Part shown: positions 1 through 11,225 of the stretch, one piece after another
Layout of the letters: the number at the start of each line of letters is the position of its first letter
Position numbering within the stretch: the stretch's first letter is position 1
From: Gonapodya sp. JEL0774
Lineage: Eukaryota
Reading direction: 5' to 3'
Assembly: GCA_027604505.1 (NCBI GenBank)
Contig: JADIIX010000071.1
Coordinates: forward strand, 62,001 to 111,783
DNA length: 49,783 nt
Notes under the pieces: model-generated
Seen by the model: the letters and a program-made list of their open reading frames with translations, nothing else
What the model was told of the DNA's origin: nothing
Databases searched by the model: none
Made by a program: the position numbers and the translations under genes

Positions 1-2543
1 TCATTTTCGTTCGCGGAATTATTGGATGCACCGGAATTTGTTCCCAACTTTGCGACAGTGTCAATCTCGACGACGGAATGGTATTTTGATGCGGAATTGC
101 CAATGGAAGGGACTGGTACGGCGACGGCGGATGGAGAGGGAGCGACAGAAACGCCAAAGAAGCGGAAACACAGAAGCAGAAAGAGGACGAATGGTGGTGG
201 TGCCGGTAACGGTGTGATAAAAGAGGACATCCAACCCCAGCAGCCAGCCAAGATATTGGCCCCTGTGGATAACATCCCAACCGCTAAAACAGAGGCACAG
301 AATGCTTCCCGTGTTTGGGACGGCACGAACTCTGTGCTGAAGACTGAATCGGCTCGTAAACCTGCATCTCTATCGGCACTCTCTACTGAGCATTCGAACG
401 TCTGGGAAGCAGCTCCAGACAGTACACCGACCTGTACACTGCCATCAAACCCGGCTCCGAAAGACTCAAACGGAGATGCGTCGATCAGTCAGCCGTCTAA
501 AGCTAAACGAAGACGACCCCGTCCTAAGAAGCCTGACTTGTCGGTTGGCGTTCGGTGGGCGCTTGAGAGAAACGAGGCGAGAGAGAATAAAAGTGGTCCG
601 AAAAGGTGAGGTGTGGTTGCATTTTCTGCACGAACCCGAGGATGGAACAACTTATTTGTTGATCGATTCCATGGTAGCTATGTCACTCAACTGATAACGG
701 AAGAGGTTGAGAGGTAAGTGGTGGAATTTCCAATGGATGTTATTTCTGAAAGCATCGTTGCTTGTTATAGTTCCATCAATGCATTTCTGGCCAAGGTTTC
801 GCAATTTCAGCTGCGGCAAGTTCAACAGAATCCTACAAAGGTCGGTTTTTTTCTCTTGCTTGTGCCGTGCACAACAAACAAACTGGATCCACTTGTGTAG
901 GCAAAACAAAAGCGTCGCTTTGTTGCTGGGCTTCGTGAAGTGGCGCGTCACTTGATAAGAGGTAAAATCAAAGCAGTCATTGTCGCCAAAAATGTGGAAG
1001 AAACTGGATCAGAAGGTTGGTCGTCCTCTCTGTTCAGCAACATTCTCCAACAAGATACTACCCAAGGATATCTCCAGTTGGTCCGTGTCCGCTAGTATCT
1101 CACCTTCTCGAGCTCTGTCACCTTCACGGTGTTTCCATTATCTTCGGTCTCACCCGGCGGCAACTCTGCGAAGCGTGTCGGGCAACCCGACAAGCAGGAG
1201 TATCTGTCGTAGGCGTGATGAGCATCGCCGGTGCTGAGGAAGAATACAAAACGCTGCTTTCAGTCGCTGAGGAAGCTGGTGAACTGTGGCGAAATCAGTT
1301 CACTGCCAGACAGGAAGGCGGGAGGAACAAATACAATTCGAGGGGTGAGAATCCCGTGTGGATTGCCGCATGGGAGGGATACGGTGACCCTAGAGTCTTG
1401 GACGCATGTGCGCGGAACGGTTGGAGCATGGATCAGCCTGATGACTGTTTGGCACTCACACCGCTACTTGCAGCGGCCAAGAGAGATAATATGGTCATTT
1501 TCCAAAATCTTCTGAAACGGATTCCGACCCTAGATATCACTGCAAAGTCGGGGTCCGGGGAGACCATTGCTCTAATTTTGAGCTTGACTGGTCGTACTGA
1601 ATGCCTGTCACAACTTCTTACATTGGCCATGGAGCTTGATCGCATACGCGGAACACCATTCACTTCGGGCGCCACAGCACTATTGCTTACTACAGCAAGC
1701 CCAATCGGTACGACACCACTTCATGCCGCAGCAAAGCTAAAGACATCGGAGTGTGTCAGGACACTTTTCACGTTCGCTGATCGATGTGGCATGCAGTTGA
1801 ATCCAGTTGGTCGAGATCGTCAAGGTGCCACCCCGATCGCCGTTGCCTGCCAAGTGGGATCTGTGGGGACAGTGAAAATTCTTCTCGAACGAGCCGAGCG
1901 GCCAGATGGATGGATGCACTCTATCTTTGTCGGTGATAACACTACAACCCCCACCATTATCGCCGCGAAAGAGGGTCATTTCGACGTTCTGCAACTGATG
2001 TGCCGAGCAGCGTCTGGAGAGTTATTCCAACCCCCTCCACCGAAGCGCATTGGATCATATAAAAAGGAAGTGAAGATTAAGCCATTCAAGCCTGATTCCT
2101 CCGCAGTTGCGGTGCTTCTGAACGCGAGAGATATACTGGGGAGGACGTGCCTGTGGTGGGCAGCATTTTTCGCGCATCTGGACATTGTGAGAGACATTCT
2201 TACACAAGGTGGGGATCCTAGAATTGCCGATCTTCGTGGGTTACGTCCTGTAGATGTCGTTGGGCTCGGTGCGAATGGTGGTGCTGGTCAGTTGGACAAC
2301 AGAGCGCTGGACGAAGTGATCAAGCAGATAGACGCAGAATCAAGTGCGAGTGAGACAGACGATTCTGATCACGATAGCGATGATACAGAAGGTTCTGTGT
2401 TGGGGCATCCTCCACCCTCAAAGCCAGTCAAGAAGACAAAGCCTTCTCCTTCCAATGAGAAACACCCGGCGAGTCGTTCTGCAAAGAAAGTGGCGCTCAC
2501 AAGCCTGGAGAAGTGCATGGCGATCCGAGACCTCCTCACGTAA
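1..2543 (+). CDS. SBP2: SECIS-binding protein 2 (SBP2/SECISBP2)-like protein with L7Ae domain and C-terminal ankyrin repeats; 5' end probably outside window
   Basis: Hand-spliced exons <1-605, 678-713, 771-840, 901-1015, 1078-2543, all with GT-AG introns and compatible phases. They give YVTQLITEEVESSINAFLAKVSQFQLRQVQQNPTKAKQKRRFVAGLREVARHLIRGKIKAVIVAKNVEE...LLELCHLHGVSIIFGLTRRQLCEAC...VSVVGVMSIAGAEEEYKTLL. This follows the SBP2 signature (Y..Q.L..EVD...L..L..FQ.R....P.KAK.KRRLV.GLREV...VSVVGI....GA) along its whole length. Downstream TPLLAAAK, TPLHAAAK, TPIAVAC and GRTCLWWAA motifs are ankyrin repeats. Confidence 0.85.
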
Positions 2544-2693
2544 GCAAACTACAATATCAATGTGAATATGTATACATCATTGTGTCCGTGAAGTGAACAT
2601 CATACAGCGTGCAAAATAAACCTAATTCAATCACTGAATGCCACTCAGAATAGTGTTTTGGCCCACGACTACCAATAAAAGATTAAGCAAGTC

Positions 2694-5655
2694 TCAAAAT
2701 GCCCCAGAGATTGCCCCGGAGATTGTTCCAATTGTCATTCCCATCACCCTCCCATCCGCTTTTTCATGAACTGTCAAGGTAGAAGCCTGAACCCACGGTG
2801 GATTCTTTGACAATCGTTGGACTTCACTTTGTGCCAATGTTTTTTGGCGCCGGAGCTCTCGAGCAAGCTGGTGTGCTATTTCCCACCAAGCGCCGTACTG
2901 TGGGTATAACATCAAATTAACGAAATCGACCACGCATAAATCGTTCAACTCTTCAGGAAAACCCACGTATTCTATCTCATGAATCATTGTTTCCAGATCG
3001 CTACCGGCAGTTTCCCCACCACCTGAGCGTTGAATGTGAGCAACGACTCGAGTTGAGGGGCGTTACGACAAAAAAAGCAACTTACTTCGAATATTCGCCA
3101 CCCACACTAAAATTGATTCACCAAGAGCAGCAGAAGGAACGAACGGCGTACAAAGTTAACTCCTTAAATGACGGAAGATTGTGATGAATAGCCTACCTAA
3201 TGCGCAGTGGAACAAACAAAACAGTCCGAATGGAGCAAGCCACATGCCACGACCATAGAATCGCTGTACAATTTGCCTAACGCATATTGAGTGATACATG
3301 GCTTTGCGGAAGTTGTCACCTGAGACCCAAGCGGGTGGGGCGGAGACATAATCGTAAGGTGTGTGTATGTTCACACATGTGGTATGGTAGATGAGTAGTC
3401 CACGAGCAATTTGAGGATCGAACTGTGCTGAAAATGGAGGCTCTGCGGCACTCGGGAATACCTCAACGAAGTTTTCAAACCACGAGTTCTGCACACAGCG
3501 GAGAAGTTCAGCTGTAGGACACTCTACGATAGCATCTGAGTGAGCACGTACAAGTGGACCTTCGAATTCGGCAAGCCCTGGTGCTCGTTTTCGTGAATCC
3601 TGAGATTGCTTGAAGGCCTGAGCTTTTCCCATGATCTTCACGAAGTGACATTGCCAATCAGTCACGCCATCGAGAACTTAAAGGCTGGCGATCCCACCAT
3701 GTACAATTCCAGTAACGACGGTGAAGCATCTTTGTGATCACTTTGAGATGATCCTGGAGATGTCGGTTCACCAACATTGCTCAACAGCCCTGAGGGATTC
3801 GACTCCCACAGTTCATCAGAGCAAGGGGGTGACAAACAGTACTCCTGATCAAGAAGAATGGGCGATCGCGCGTGCGTGAGTGCAGCCATTCGATCGATGA
3901 CGTATACTGCCCAGCCTGAGGACCCATCTTTCAACAAGTACGGACGGGAAAGAACATATGAAGCTCTTACCAGTTCTTCTTCGCTCTTCGTTCATTATCC
4001 AGTCGTGGGAATTTGTTGATGTCGCCTCAACACTACGCGACATACTTGGGTCAACGTGGAGCCCCAGTTCGCGAGATTTAGTCACACATATGCCAATAAG
4101 CGAGTAAGAAAGGGCACTAAAATACAACAGTGATAAAGGACTATCCACAAGAAACCACCGCACTCATCGGCATGAAGCTCACCGTTCATTGCAATTGGCA
4201 TACTGGGCCATAATCATGATTGCTTGTACAAGCCAGGCCCCTGACGCAGGGTCTCCGAGAAACTGGAACACCAGTTTCTTGCATCGCGAGAAAAAGGTTT
4301 GACCAAGGTGCTTGCGGGTTTGGTGGCTGTGGGTACAACAGAGTTCAATCATCGTTTAGGTGTATGTTTCAGAAAGAAGGACTGCTCACTCGACGTCTGC
4401 ATTGGCGGATGCGAACGCAAGTATTGCGTATAGAAGGAGAGGATTCTGCGATGATATCGTCGAGAGGAAACTGTCGGGAAACGGCCTCCAGGATTTAAAC
4501 TAACCGGGAGCGAACTGAAGTGACTCTGAGCTCACGTTGGTCGATGGACCATTGGATGGCCCGCATATATGAAGCGATATTCCCAAGTGTGCTTGAAGTA
4601 ATGCATCACCAGTTCATTAATAAGTTCAGGTGGAGGGAGTGGTTCCGAATCGTCAAATAGGCCGATGGGGCGGGTCATCATCATGATAGAGTGAGAATCC
4701 CATTGACTGGCATTATCAATACGAGCAACAGGTTGATTAGATTGGAAGGCCGCGACGAGGTCTTCAAAGGAGGGGGTAACTGGTGCTGTTTCGGTGTCTC
4801 CACCGGCTTGGAGGACTCGGAAGAGGTCTGTATGATTCAGGAGGTCCAGAATCGATGGGTCAGATGTTTGAGCTTGTCCATAACGAGCGTCCGAATCATC
4901 GGAGGTCGCCGAATGCTCGAGTGCAGTTTGATTGGGTGCATTTGTGACCAATGGGGTTTGTTGCCCCAAATCCGATATCAGCAACTCCAGTCGAGTGAGC
5001 GCTTCATCCAAAACTGTTCGTAATTTCTCTTTTTCCTTTTTTGATTGAACCTCAGAGGATCCAGAACGAGCTCGAACATGCGGAGCGCCATGTGCGATCC
5101 CGTGGTCCACCCCACTTGCAACAGCTGCACGAGTTCGTTCCACAAGCAAAGACTCCAAAGAAGTGATTCGATTTTTGAGAGAATTCAGCCAGCCTCGCTG
5201 GGGTCCAGGGGCTTGACGGGATCGATCTGAACATTATGTCCAACGGAGTTTAGTACACACTTCATCCGAGAATAACGATCCACCCACCATAGTAGCACTG
5301 GCTGCCTCGCTTCTTACAGTTCCCACACACTGGCTCTCCTCCATCGCAGCGGTCGTGTTTCTCCTTGCACTGAAAGTTGGGAGACACACAAAACAATGAA
5401 ACCATAGTGACGGGGACCTCTGCGGACTCCCACCTACCGCATTGCAAGCTGAAATGGCATAGACCACGGATGGAGATGACGATGTCAGACCATCAATCAA
5501 TTCCTTGAACGACTCAACTCGTTTGCTGACATACCAATCAGGGTCCTCATAATTTTCTGCTTTGGCTTGCCTGGACCTGTGCTTGAATCAGCAGCTGAGT
5601 CTCCATCCTCCTCTTCTTCTGCGTTTTCAGCTGCCGATGACAGTTTCCTCTTCAT
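2694..5655 (-). CDS. Zn(II)2Cys6 fungal transcription factor with fungal-specific TF middle domain (paralogue A)
   Basis: ATG at 5655 (MKRKLSSAAENAEEEEDG...). Spliced cluster ACNACKEKHDRCDGGEPVCGNCKKRGSQC is C-x2-C-x6-C-x6-C-x2-C-x6-C. Middle-domain motifs LPPPELINELVMHYF, SRELGLHVDP and EERRRT. Stop at 2694 taken from the last ORF. Confidence 0.9.
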
Positions 5656-5842
5656 GTTTGGATGGAGGCTAGGCTGATTATGAAGGCATCACACGAATAC
5701 CAAACCCCTGCCAGGTTTTGCCAGGTACACCCTCCAGTAAAATCATCACATGCAAGTAAGTTTATACGTGTGAAGATAGGTAAGTAAATTAATATCCCTA
5801 TGTACACAAGATTGGCCAACCGATTGGGAGGAAAATCAAAAT

Positions 5843-8800
5843 TCATTCTGCGATACTCGTGATTTTAATGTCGCGGAGCTCACGAAGAGCAGCCTGCTGG
5901 ACTGCATTCGACTGGGATGATCTGACCATTCGCGTGGTAATGATCCTTCGTGACTCGACTGCGAGGGTCACCTGACGTCGGAGTTCCCGGGATAGTTGTA
6001 ATGCTATATCCCACCATGCGCCATACTGGCAGCCACGAACGTGTGTGATAGTTAGAAAAACAAATGGAACCCCGGATTCGTTAATTGCACTCACGTATTC
6101 GAGCTCGCCAATGATGGGTTCGAGGTCCGATTCATTCAACTCCCCACCACACCTAATATTGGCAACCAATACTTCCAGCAATGCAGAAAATGAGGCAGAT
6201 GTGACTTGCAAGCTCAAAACATCCACCACACCTTCCAGAACTTACCCAGGGCGCAATGGAAAATGCAAAACAGCCCAAACGACGCGAGCAACATCCCACA
6301 CCCTTGAAAACGCTCCACCATCTGCTTTACGCATAACCAATGGTAAAGCGCTTTGCGAAAATTTTGGCTCGCAACCCATGTCGGCGGTGCGGAAAGGTAG
6401 TCAAGAGGTGTGTGGATTATGACCCCAACGGTGTGATACACAATCAGTCCGCGAGCGAGCTGTGGATCAAAATTTTCTGAAAACGGAGGATCGGCTGCAT
6501 TGGGGAAGGCTGCTAAAAAGTTTGTGTACCATTCGTTCTGGTGTTCAAACCGTATCAGATGCATGCAGCTTCGAGCCGTTGAAAGACTACGACCACACTA
6601 ACGAGGGGATTATCAAACTCAATCAGACCTGTGGGAAGCCGTCTCGCGTCTTGTGATTGTTTTAATAGCTGAGCTTTCCCCATCACCTGAACCACGTGCA
6701 AGAATTTCAGTTCGTGATCGGCACACAGCAAAGTGTTCACAGTTTCATCTCTTACCATGAAAAGTTGCAATATCGACGGCACGGCATTACGAACTTCCTC
6801 ATTTGGGGACTTTGGCGTGCTGCCGGGTGAGCTCCCATACCTCAGCTGTACAACAGGGCTCGAATCCCAGAGTTCATCGGAGCACGGTGGCGACAAGCAA
6901 TATTCGTGATCAAGTAGGATAGGTGCACGGGAGTGTGTTACAGCAGCGATGCGGTCGAGGACGTAAACAGCCCACCCTGGTGTGGAAGTACAGTTGGAAG
7001 AACAATGGGTTTGCGCATGTCCGCGACGAAGTGGTGTAGACGCAGCAGAAACAAACCTGTTCTGCGACGCTCCTCGTTCTCTTTCCACTTCTCGGATAAT
7101 ATTTCGGGGGGTTCTCCGTGATTGGTCATGTTTGGATCAAGATGGAGGCCAAGCTCTCGAGATTTAAGTACGCAAATGCCCAACAAAGAGTATGCCAAGG
7201 AGCTGAGGAAGCGATTCCCGGAAAGAGAAGATAGAATGAGCTCACGTAAGGTGAGAAATTCGTCAAACTTACCGCTCGTTACAGTTGGAATACTGCGCCA
7301 TAATAAGAAGGGCCTGAACAAGCCCGACAGATGCTGCTGGGTCCTCGAGGTGTTGAAACAGAAGTCTTTTGCATCTCCCAAAGAAGTTCCGACCGAGTTG
7401 TTTGCGGGTTTGGTGACTAGCAGTAAGTGAGACAATGATGTCCGCGTTCTCCACAGATTGTGAGTTGCATAAGTATTCACTCACTCAGCGTCGGCATAGG
7501 CGGAAGCAAACGCGAGGGCTGCGTAGATGAGAAGACGGTTTTGAGACATCACGGTGGACATGAAACTGCAAGTAAGAGCGCAGGACACCGCTCAACAATA
7601 ACAGGCATGAATGAAAATAAAGCCGCCAGGCAACTTTACGTTGGTCTATGCATCATTGGCTGTCCTGCGTAGATGTACCGGTACTCCCATGTATGTCGAA
7701 AGTACTGGGTCAGCAAATCATTCACCAATTCTGGGGGAGGAAGGGGCTCCAAGTCATCGAAGAGACCAACGGGACGAGTGAATATGGGAGGGGATGCCAG
7801 CCACTCCAATCCTGGCTCCAGTCCTTGGCTTCCAGGCCGGAACACCAGTGAACTACTGCGAGGGATGGTGAAATGATCGGACGGTACGGAGTCATGTCCG
7901 ACCGCGTTGAGCACATTTATATCGGCGCCAGATAGGGCGAGAGAGTTTGCGTGCTCGGTGGGGAAAAGGTCCAGTTGGTTTAACGGTCCGGTGAACTGAG
8001 GGTTTGGTGGTTCGTATAGTTGCTCGTGGTGCATCCCAGCTAAACTCGCGTAGTCAAGTTGTGCAAAGAGCTGCGCATCCATTGTGGGAGTCGAGACGGG
8101 CGCGACCGATTGCGGTTGCGGCTCCACCTGTGGTTGCTCGATATCTGTGAAGAGTCCTTCAAGGCGTGAGAGTGCCTCGTGCAAAACTGTGCGCAGCTTC
8201 TCTTTCTCCTTCTTAGATCCACCAGTTTCGGAAAGCTCTGAGCGTGCTGGTGCAGACTGCGTTCGTACAGGGAGCTTGGAGGATGCGATGAGAGTCGGAT
8301 GCCGGACTGCCGAGGCGGTTGAGACTGCAGCGCGGGTCCGGTCGACAATGAGGGACTCGAGAGCTACAATCCTGTTTTTCAAACTTTCTAGCCATCCACG
8401 TTGCGGACCAGGGATCTGACGAGCCCGTTCTGTGAGGATCAAGGTTGGGAATCGAGGTCCGTATAAATGGGATACCGTTGAGCTGCCGCAGTCACCATGG
8501 AGCATTCAACGTACCGTAAGAGCACTCCTTGCCTCTTCGCTTACAGTTTCCGCAAGTGGGCTCCTCTCCATCGCAGCGGTCGTGCTTACTCTTGCACTAG
8601 TTTCCGTTCCTGCAGATTAGCACAGAGTAACATATCCACAAGAATGAAGATAAGCGAGAGACTCACGGGGTTACAAGCTTTTCGATTCGGTAGTGTACGA
8701 GGCAATGAGCTTGTGACCCAGGATGTCAAATGGTTTGGGACACACTGTACCTTTGGGTGTTCTTTTGTACTTCCTGGCCCTGGGTTGAAACGAGACTCCA

Positions 8801-8862
8801 CCATTCAACTCCTCCTGCTCAGCTTCGGTATCATCGCTTTCTGATGGACGCTCTCTTTTCAT
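5843..8862 (-). CDS. Zn(II)2Cys6 fungal transcription factor (paralogue B, tandem duplicate)
   Basis: ATG at 8862 (MKRERPSESDDTEAEQEE...). Spliced cluster ACNPCKSKHDRCDGEEPTCGNCKRRGKEC. Shares near-identical blocks with paralogue A (HTWEYR.IYAG.PM.HRPT, EYCLSPPCSDELW, QYGAWW.IA.QL.RELRRQ). Confidence 0.9.
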
Positions 8863-9152
8863 GGTTTTGGCGGGATTTGCGATACCGAGACCGGGCGAGG
8901 CAGAACACTTCACCCGCGGGGCTCTGGGCTCCAACACCTTCCCAAAAAAAAGGCAAGCAGTTTGTTTGGCATTACCGATTCCCTGATGGTGAGCGAAACG
9001 GAAACGTCAATCATCCGTTCCTGATCCATCTCCTGTCGTTGCACCGGTGTCTGCTGCCTATCGCGGGAACAACGTCCCGCTCCTGTCGAGATTGCAACTC
9101 CCCAACCTCACAGACACCTTTTTTTTTTTTGGACAACTCATCTCAATCCAAC

Positions 9153-10843
9153 ATGCTCGCATTTTCAAAACCAACAGCTCTCCGCCTACATAAATATTCC
9201 TGGTGGTCAGGCATTTACCAGTAATGCCCAACTATATCCCCCTCCCCCTCCTGTCCTCCCCCCAAAGACTGCAGATGAGGAGCTCCCAAAGAAGCGGAGG
9301 CCATCCTCTGTTCATCCAAACAGGAAGAGGAGAAAAGTCACTTCCTTGCAAGAATTGACGGAAGACTCCACCAACGTCGTCACAAGCGAGATGTCGGAGT
9401 CGATGGATACTGCGGAGCCCCACAATGGATACTACAATGTCGACATGCAGAACTTTTTGCCGAAGACGGCGCGATTTGTCATGAATAATCGAAAACCTTT
9501 TCAATGTGAGCAACGAGGCTTGCCCACAGTGTGATCATTCGTCGTGGGTGCGCTGATGCCCACAGCGCACACTGTTGTGTGCTCCACGCCCACTTCAAGG
9601 TACTTCGGAGACATGCCAGCGCAGGTACAAGAACCTCGTCAGTATCCTCAACCACCATCACGCCACTCATGCTGAGTCGTCAGATAAATCACGTGACGAT
9701 GACCCGAAACCCTTCAAGTGCAAGATTGGTGATTGCACCATGGAATACAAGTGAGCATGCGCCGAACCGAAACTTGTTTCGACTGGAAAGTTTACTACAG
9801 CTCTTTTGCCAGGCAAGCTCTTGGTTTGGCCTACCATATCGAGCGGGCCCATGCAAAGCTTCCACCACATCCGGCGAGTGGTGGCGACAGTGAAGCCAGA
9901 AAAAGGCGGCGCAAGGAGGGAGTGAAACCGTCGGAAACCGATTCGAAGCCATATACCTGCACAGGTCTGTTACATCTCTCCGTCTTGGTTCTCTGCCTTC
10001 TCTGACTCTTTTCACCAACATCTTCCAGCAACAGGCTGCGTGAAACGCTTTAAATCGCCCAACGGTCTTTCGTATCACCTCAGAAGTGCGCATCCATCCC
10101 TGGCAGCAAGTACTGGCAGTGAACGTGCGACTTCTTGTACGTTGATGTAGTTGTCATGCACAGTGATTCCCATTCTGATTTTCTCACTCACACTCTCATA
10201 TACACGCGCAGCAAAAAGTAAAGCAGATGCCGCCGCTCAAAAAGGAAGTTCCAGTGGATCCACAAACGGGCTGCATCGCGAGGCCATTATGTCTTCTCCA
10301 GGGCAGGAATCTGCCGATTCGAAGACTGAGCAAATCGCTGAGCCTGCCCTCAGCAGGCATGGAGCTACGCAATCTACAGCTTTTCCAATGCACAGTCCCC
10401 AGGCAATGATAGCCACCTCAACACAACCCAACAACTTGAGTGCCCTTCCTGCACTCCCGAACCAACCACAGAGAACTTATGTTCTCGTCACTGCTCCGCC
10501 ACATTCCTTTGAACAGCACTCGCGCACTTCGACCTTGACGTCAGTATCACCTCTTCACGCCTCCGGACCTCCTCCCTCCGACGCTGAAGAGGAGGCGCGT
10601 ACGTCCGCGGTGAACCACCCCCTCTCACACGGAAGTGACCGCGGTGCTTCGGCCGGGTATCTCGCAGAGCAATATAATCAGTCCGCTTTTCTTGCCACAG
10701 CGCACGCCGCAGCACCACTTCAAGCTGGATTCCCACCTGCGGCTTTTTGGAACCCTGCGTGGGCTGGGAACCAACCCATGTACTTCTACCAGCCTGCGGG
10801 CAAGGACGGCACCGCGTACCCTGCCTATGTGCTTCGTGAGTAA
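9153..10843 (+). CDS. Multi-C2H2 zinc-finger transcription factor (Sfp1/JAZF1-like finger style); start uncertain
   Basis: Spliced segments RKPFQC...CQRRYKNLVSILNHHHATH, KPFKCKIGDC...QALGLAYHIERAH and KPYTCT..CVKRFKSPNGLSYHLRSAH. Basic NLS-like PKKRRP/RKRRK. Low-complexity C-terminal exon ends at 10843. Confidence 0.75.
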
Positions 10844-10963
10844 GGTCCAGGTGAATCACAGCAACTGTTGTGAATTGAAAATGAATCCGTCTCGCGACAA
10901 CAGTTGGCGAGACGCAACCATTGTCGAAAGGGGACGACGATGCAAACGATCAGTGACATGCGA

Positions 10964-11004
10964 GAGATGTGACGATCATGAGATGTGACGATCCTGAGAT
11001 GTGA
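10964..11004. repeat. 16-bp tandem repeat (GAGATGTGACGATC[A/C]T x2.5)
   Basis: Read directly from sequence, downstream of the C2H2 gene. Confidence 0.85.
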
Positions 11005-11225
11005 TAACTGGGCTTTTTGGATTTGTGATTTCCAATTTTTCCCATCAAAGATTCCTGCTGAAGTTTTCCTCGTTATGGAATTTCCTAATACAATATCGTG
11101 AAAATGCCCACATTCTCAGAACGTTCATGGAGGAAAATGAATGTGTGGTTTCGTGCCGTTATGTTATGTGTAATCTCCGTCCGGCATGGAAGTCTGGTCT
11201 CCCCTTTCCTGTCCTTCACAGATTA

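Noticed and set aside
901..1290. Ordinary ribosomal/snoRNP L7Ae protein (RPL30, Snu13, Nhp2) or Gadd45
   Set aside because: The upstream helix (YVTQLITEEVE...FQLRQVQQNPTKAKQKRR) and the long N-terminus are SBP2-type; those other proteins are small and lack them.
2544..2693. SECIS element or in-frame-TGA selenoprotein near SBP2
   Set aside because: No convincing AUGA/AA/GA hairpin or redox-motif ORF broken by TGA could be identified by eye; needs SECISearch.
10964..11004. CRISPR-like or other spaced repeat array
   Set aside because: Contiguous short tandem units without spacers, in a eukaryotic context.
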